Below are positions 30,001-34,538 of a DNA stretch of 34,538 nt, in pieces. The translations under genes were made by a program, and so were the position numbers. Source of the stretch: Klebsormidium nitens (taxonomy: Eukaryota; Plantae; Klebsormidiophyceae); the NCBI GenBank assembly GCA_000708835.1, contig DF237711.1:2767-37304 (forward strand), written 5' to 3'. Below the pieces are notes generated by a model. That model was not told where the DNA came from and did not search any database. It saw only the letters and a list, made by a program, of their open reading frames with translations. The first letter of the stretch is position 1. Every line of letters starts with the position of its first letter.

Positions 30001-32577
30001 TGGGATCCGGGGCAACAGAGAGAAGGAAAAGCAGTGACGTTCAATGTTGTGAAAACGAAAGTAGCCTCTTTTCGTTGGTGGAACTGGTAAGCATACACTC
30101 TTCCCAAAGTATTCGTCGGTTTTTTGGCAATCGTGCACATTGCAAGTCAAAACGTGCAATTGTTTTAGTTGATTGCACGGCCGTTCCTGGATCCTAGGCT
30201 TTTAGTTCCACTTGGCTGTGGCTCCTGGTCCGAAGGATTGGGCCTTCAAGAGTGACGACGCATCTCGGATGTTCGGTTTTTCCTAAGGTTGGTGACAAAT
30301 CAGATCGACATATGTCCGCAACGTTCACGCGGTCCATTTATGGTTGTCGGGTCTGTGTCGACCAAACGGCAAAAGATTCCAAAGCTGAGTTTCTCCGAAA
30401 TTTCAACAACCTTGCGGCTGGAACCTGCTCTAATGCAAGTTTCTGGAAAAACTGTTCTGCGATCTCTGCTCGAAGAGTGGAGCCCTCATCTCAGAAATCG
30501 CCCGAAGCTCACATCTTTTGAGCTCTTCTTGCAGCCGAAACCCGCTTCCTTCAGACGTCCTGTGGTCCGACCCCGGCCTAGACCCGGGCATCGTTACCAA
30601 CGATTCGAGGGGGATTGGGCTCGTCTTTGGCCCCGACTGCACGCAGGTCAGTTGCAACCACACACTTTTTGACTTTGGAATTTTTAGAATCTTGGGGCTT
30701 TGGCCTCACTTGCAAGTTGTTATCGGCTGCAAGACATAGGGATAAGCACACTGTAGGAGTTCATCGAGCATACAAAATACAGCAAATGTACCTAAGAGCT
30801 TCTAGTACCGAAAATGCAGTCGTAGATTCTGTTCTAGACTTTTAAATGCTGTAGCATTTTCGCCGAGAGCGTGCAGCTCAGGAGTCTCTCCGAACGGTCG
30901 GAACACGAGGCTGAGGTTCTCAAAATCCTATGAGCGCAACCGGTCATTTGGTCGTTTGTCAAGCCGTCTAACAAGCTTCTCGAAGTGTCCCGCTTTCTGC
31001 ATCATTGAGGATAGCAGCGTAAAGGCCAACGCACCACTTCCAGTCGCCCGACGTAATGCTAACTCCCATCTCGGAGACGTTTCTCGAGTGCACCGCCTGG
31101 AGCAAGTGATTTGCAGCCACAAAGCCGACCGTTCCTAGTTACGGAAGCAACCTTTTACTGTCAGCTCCCCCCCCACCCCCCCGGCAAATGGGGGAGGGAA
31201 ATCCTCCTTCAACCAGAGGAACTCCAGTGTCAACGGCCAACATAGCGCTCTCAGTTGCCCAACTTATTACCGCCTCTCGTCTCACAGACACACCGCCTGA
31301 AGCTGGTGATCCGCAGCCACAAAGCCGACCACCTCTAGTCAGCAACTAGTCCTGAATGACTTTCACTGTCAGCTCGCTTCCAGATCCAAACCTGTCCAGT
31401 GTCAAAGTCAGACACATCACTCTCGGTTGCCCGACTTAACACCGCCTCGTTTCAATTACGGTTTTGAAGTCTCACCTTTTGAAGCTGGTGATCCGCAGCC
31501 ACAAAGCCGACCACCTCCGCTTTGAAACACCTTTTCCCTCTGTCGGCACTCTTTGTGATCCGAGCAACTGCAGTGTCAACTGCCAACACACCAATCCGTA
31601 TCCTCCCAATTCAACATCACGTCTCATCTCCGAGACGTTTCTGGAGTCGCCCGCGCTTGAAGCTGTTCATCCGCAGTCCACAGAAGCCGACCTACCCTCA
31701 TTCTGTGAGCAACTTTTCACTGTCAGCTCCCATTCAAACCAAACCAAAGCCAGAGTCAAGAAGCAATTCACAACTCTTAGTCGCCCAACTTAACACCACC
31801 TCTCGGGTTTGGTAATTCAAATCTCAAACCCCTCAAACCCTCAGCCCTCTCCACAGACGTTTCTGGAGTCGCACCGCCTGAAGCTGGTGATCCGAAGCCA
31901 CGAGGGCCCCGACGCGCGCGAGAAGCGCGAGGGCATGCACGCCATGCTCAGCGGCTTCTGCGAAGACCACGTGGTGCCTGCGGGGAAGCTGGTAACTCTT
32001 TTCAGCGCGCCCGACTATCCCCAGTTTCAAAACGTGGACGACGTGGAGCGATATAAGAACACGGCGGCGTATGTCGTGCTCAGCGGGCCCGGTTATGATA
32101 CACCGGAGGTGCACCACTTTGACGCGGCGTTGCCACGACCGGAGGTGAGAACCGGCGGGTTTAGTTGTTTGACGTGGCTTCTGATGATTTGTGAAGCTGG
32201 TAGTGGTTGCGATGTGGTCAAAGCTCGCTGCCTCATCCGACTTCGTCGGGGGCTTTTTGGTTAGCTTGGGACGTCGATGTCTGTTCTGGGTGATCGGACG
32301 GCTTGAGTCTTGAGAACGGGCGGATCCAACGGGGCAGCTTTCACGAGCTCTGTGGTATTTTTTTTGTGAAGCAGTCACATTGTGAGCGAGAATAGCAGTC
32401 CCGGATCTCTGATCCTCGTCCACAGCTGAAGGAACTCGCACCTTCCTACTGCCACAGGTCAAAGCGTACTACGACTTCGAAACCGCCTTGGATTCGGACG
32501 AAGACTTGGACCTGGGGTCGGAAGCGGATGGAAGCGAAGCCAGCCTCTTCTCGGACGGGAGCGATGTAGATAGTTGA
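27077..32577 (+). CDS. PP7: Serine/threonine protein phosphatase 7 (PPP family)
   Basis: Exons 27077-27253, 27547-27633, 28493-28595, 28993-29189, 29610-29860, 30535-30646, 31857-32144, 32458-32577. PPP motifs GDVHG, GDYVDRG (spliced), RGNHE, HGG, DVLWSDP, IRSHEG and TLFSAPDYPQF are present, plus the PP7-type basic insert and acidic C-tail (YYDF...DSDEDL). Confidence 0.95.
30940..31856 (+). repeat. Four degenerate tandem copies (~165-220 bp period) of the PP7 intron-6 3' end plus the first ~45-55 nt of exon 7
   Basis: Exon-like ACGTTTCT(G/C)GAGT.GCACCGCCTG.AGCTGGTGATCCG.AGCCAC copies at ~31077, ~31288, ~31470 and ~31635. Each is followed by AAAGCCGACC and usually by a TTTCACTGTCAGCTC-type intron block, and the real exon starts at 31857. 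Confidence 0.9.
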
Positions 32578-33249
32578 CCTCGAGAACATATACCACGCAA
32601 TCTTTGCTGTTGTAGGTTTATCAGAGGTAAGGCCCCTTAGGTATACCAAGGATACAGAATCGAATAAGGATAGAGAGAGCATAGAAGAGTTTCCAGGTAA
32701 TTGTCGAGCATTGAAAGGTGTGTCATCGTTAACCAGAGTTTCTTGGGATCGGTACAAGCAGCTTCTTTAGGTATGATACGTTGCGCGGGTTGAAGCGGGG
32801 TTGCGAAACGTTGGGGCAATTAATGTACGAGGTCTGGATTTCGTGAAGTCTGACAGCCACTTACATCATTGCGGGCGAACACTTTCTATAACCCCAATTC
32901 TGCGTTCTAGCTGCGCCATCACATATGGCTGGCTTAGTACATGAGTGCAATTACAATTGCATTCAGATGACTTCACACATGCTGCAGTACCGCGGCATAT
33001 ATCCAGCGCATAATGCAGGACGTACAATTGTACGAATTGGTCAGAATCATCATAACGGTCTGAGCGAAGTTTTATGCTGCATCCTGCATACGTCATAATG
33101 CGTCCGACTCCCGTTCTGACAGGTTGAAGATTATCACTGTCATATCTGCAGATCAATATTGTTGAAGTCGCATTGAACATGTGACTCGATTAAACGCATG
33201 CTGGCGCGCGTCCGACCGAGCGCGCAAATGATCGAGAACATCGAGGCTG

Positions 33250-34538
33250 CATCGTATGTCAGGCTGGTTTGTGTCGGGTTCGGTTAGTGTCCGGTTTAGT
33301 TAAGGTATTTAACTAGACAGAGGACACTAATTAGAAAATAAGTGCAGCAACACCAAATAGGGTTAGGACATGACATAAGGGAAGAATGAAGCCTCAAGCT
33401 TCATTTTTTCTTCTGTTCATACATGGGCTTGTTAAGGGCGGTTCAGTGGAGACCCTTGAGAGTTCTAAGTTGGCCTGGAGAAAGTCTCATGTGATGGTGC
33501 ATTGGTGAAGCTGAAGATGATGTGCACTCCGGTTACATTCATGGCCCTTCTGTGATGCGGGGAACGTGGCGCAATTCATTCACAGAAGAAAGAATCAAAG
33601 GGCATGTTGAGTGTAGGCTGGAGGGGGTTGTGAGACCGCTCAGCGGGGGCGGGGTTGCGCTAGTGAGAGCGGGTTAGTGAGGGTCAGCCTAGAGGGCAGC
33701 CTGGGGTGCAGCCTGTGAGGCTGGGTAGCAGCACGGAGCTGCGGGTGTGTGATAAGCGTGGTAACGGCGCCCGCTGTCAGGTCGGGGCAGAGGCATCGGG
33801 CCTCTGTCACTGAGGTGCGCCAGAAAGGCAGGGCGCTCGGTCTTATCTAAGGCTAGGGGCGCTCTCGCTGATAAGTATCAGAGGGGGCTGCGTGCGTGTA
33901 AAGGCCACGGCCTATGTCCTGGCGGCGGGAGACCGTGCCTGCCGGGGCCCAGCACTGAGCTCGATCATTCGAGAAGTGCTGGTCGCCACGTAAGCCTTGT
34001 GGAGTTCCCTCTTTGCTTTGACCTGGTGGCATAGCAACTGGCAGCGGTGGTGTGCAAACCTGGACTTGTTGTCTTCTGAGGCGCCTTGGGAAGGCAGGTC
34101 ACTTGGCCTTATCTAAGGCTAGAGGTGATCTCGCTGATAGGTATTAGGGGGGGCTCGTGCGCGTAAAGCTCCGGCTAAGTGCCCGGCGGCGGGAGACCGT
34201 GCCTGCCGGGCCTCCTTTACTGAGCTCGATTTAATCGAGAGAGTATTGGTCGTGTAACGGCACGACTGCGCACCGACTCCCGGCTGCGCGCTGAACTCGC
34301 GGCCGCGCATCGTCCGTTATTATACGCTATCGACTTATTGAATCACTACACGCCACGTGTCCAGGTTACTGCTTCACCGCGTGACCGTCCGATAAAGACC
34401 CACGTGCACCGCGTACGAGGGAACCGTCCGATAAGCTTTCGAGACTAAGCTTATGGCCGGCCGAGCACCGAAGCTTCTAGACTAACACTTACCGCCGTGG
34501 ACTTAGATTCTTATGCGAAGCTTCCAGATGCGAGATCA
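33250..34538. mobile_element. Possible end or LTR-like region of an unidentified repeat element, running off the right edge
   Basis: Internal direct repeats, repeated short motifs (ACCGTCCGATAA x2, AAGCTT x4) and no credible ORF. No TE protein motif is visible. Confidence 0.3.
33810..34255. repeat. ~180-bp imperfect direct repeat (period ~267 bp) in a TE/LTR-like region
   Basis: CTTATCTAAGGCTAG...TCTCGCTGATA.GTAT...GGCGGCGGGAGACCGTGCCTGCCGGG...ACTGAGCTCGAT...TGGTCG at ~33842-33985 and ~34108-34253. Confidence 0.85.

Noticed and set aside
32866-33180. 104-aa minus-strand ORF
   Set aside because: No recognisable motif or splice context; lies in the PP7 3' flank.

Overview
Intron-rich eukaryotic nuclear DNA, most consistent with a streptophyte green alga such as Klebsormidium (inferred from gene content and GC-rich exons, not verified). 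The left ~7.8 kb is accessory: four co-oriented minus-strand ORFs. These are a spliced, probably decaying KDZ (Kyakuja-Dileera-Zisupton)-type transposase with SWIM and CxC zinc fingers, a Cys/His-rich 5' ORF or exon, a small basic intronless ORF, and an intronless Prim-Pol (AEP-type primase-polymerase) ORF that runs off the left edge and is absent from the supplied ORF track. The rest holds host genes rebuilt by hand from GT-AG signals: a small plant-type membrane protein (+), a CDF-like Dof transcription factor (+), RBBP5/SWD1 (-) and protein phosphatase PP7 (+). RBBP5 and PP7 each carry a decaying tandem array of copies of an intron 3' end plus the start of the next exon. In RBBP5 the copied piece encodes the putative WDR5-binding motif. 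Both N-gaps have duplicated flanks and look like false gaps. The right end is repeat-like. All exon coordinates and homology calls were made by eye, without database searches.
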